DNA from: Candidatus Hadarchaeales archaeon
Lineage (GTDB): Archaea; Hadarchaeota; Hadarchaeia; Hadarchaeales; Hadarchaeaceae
Length of the DNA: 32,000 bases
Assembly: GCA_038823825.1 (NCBI GenBank)
Contig: JAWBCC010000004.1
Coordinates: 1 to 32,000 of the forward strand
Direction: 5' to 3'
In this document: positions 31,785-32,000 of the stretch, piece by piece
Layout of the letters: each line of letters opens with the position of its first letter
How positions within the stretch are numbered: position 1 is the first letter of the stretch
Made by a program: the position numbers and the translations under genes
Notes under the pieces: generated by a model
Databases searched by the model: none
Seen by the model: only the letters and a program-made list of their open reading frames with translations
What the model was told of the DNA's origin: nothing

Positions 31785-32000
31785 TTAAAGATGCCGTGTT
31801 TTGAGCCAGGAAATGAATTTTTCCTCCTCTTCGGCGGGCATTGAATAGCTGTGCTCCATCGTTGGAAACTTCTTTTCTTTGGTCTCCTGTCTAAATTCTC
31901 TCAGCGCTCTTGAAATCTCCTTTCCAACTTCTGCATATTTTTTAACAAATTTCGGGACCTTTTCCGTTACCCCAATCAAATCGTGGAGAACGAGCACCTG
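31785..32000 (-). CDS. panB: Ketopantoate hydroxymethyltransferase (PanB), C-terminal part; gene continues past the window end
   Basis: The block QVLVLHDLIGVTEKVPKFVKKYAEVGKEISRALREFRQETKEKKFPTMEHSY matches the conserved PanB C-terminus. The frame stays open through position 32000. Confidence 0.65.
   Translation of the reverse strand, partial: QVLVLHDLIGVTEKVPKFVKKYAEVGKEISRALREFRQETKEKKFPTMEHSYSMPAEEEEKFISWLKTRHL

Overview
Archaeal chromosomal segment, judged from aIF5A, Nob1, A/T-rich TATA-like boxes about 25 nt upstream of starts, and operons coupled by ATGA/GTGA start-stop overlaps. Positions 1-13,577 are a type III CRISPR-Cas locus. It holds a partial cas6 and a CARF-wHTH gene on the minus strand, a divergent csx1 (CARF-HEPN), and an ~800-bp ORF-poor gap. 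Next comes an eight-gene effector operon: cas11, three cas7-type RAMPs, cas10 with HD and GGDD, another cas7, a csx10/cas5-like gene and a last cas7-like gene. It is followed by ~820 bp of decayed sequence and a 37-nt-repeat array (15 intact repeats plus 1 degenerate terminal repeat). The array is read from the minus strand and its leader abuts tRNA-Phe(GAA). No cas1/cas2/cas4 lies in the window. The strongest unexplained signal is in the ORF-poor gap: a two-repeat, one-spacer degenerate mini-array (3233-3342) with a preserved hairpin and ATTGAAAG tag, co-oriented with the effector operon and opposite to the main array. This may be a CreA/CreR-like guide RNA in a type III context. The remaining ~18 kb is mostly housekeeping. 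It includes a glycan-utilisation cluster (GH-like anchor protein, ROK kinase, and a GH92-LamG-CARDB surface protein split by a frameshift in an A6 run). It also includes a membrane-anchored resolvase-like nuclease, an SRA-like small protein, 5-FTHF cyclo-ligase, an archaeal AAA ATPase, LysA-like decarboxylase, tRNA-Leu(CAA), and a membrane-embedded M28 peptidase. The last stretch carries Pit/PhoU-like, Nob1, NAD kinase, aIF5A, a histone-fold-like protein and partial PanB. All functional calls rest on motifs I read in the translations; no database search was run.
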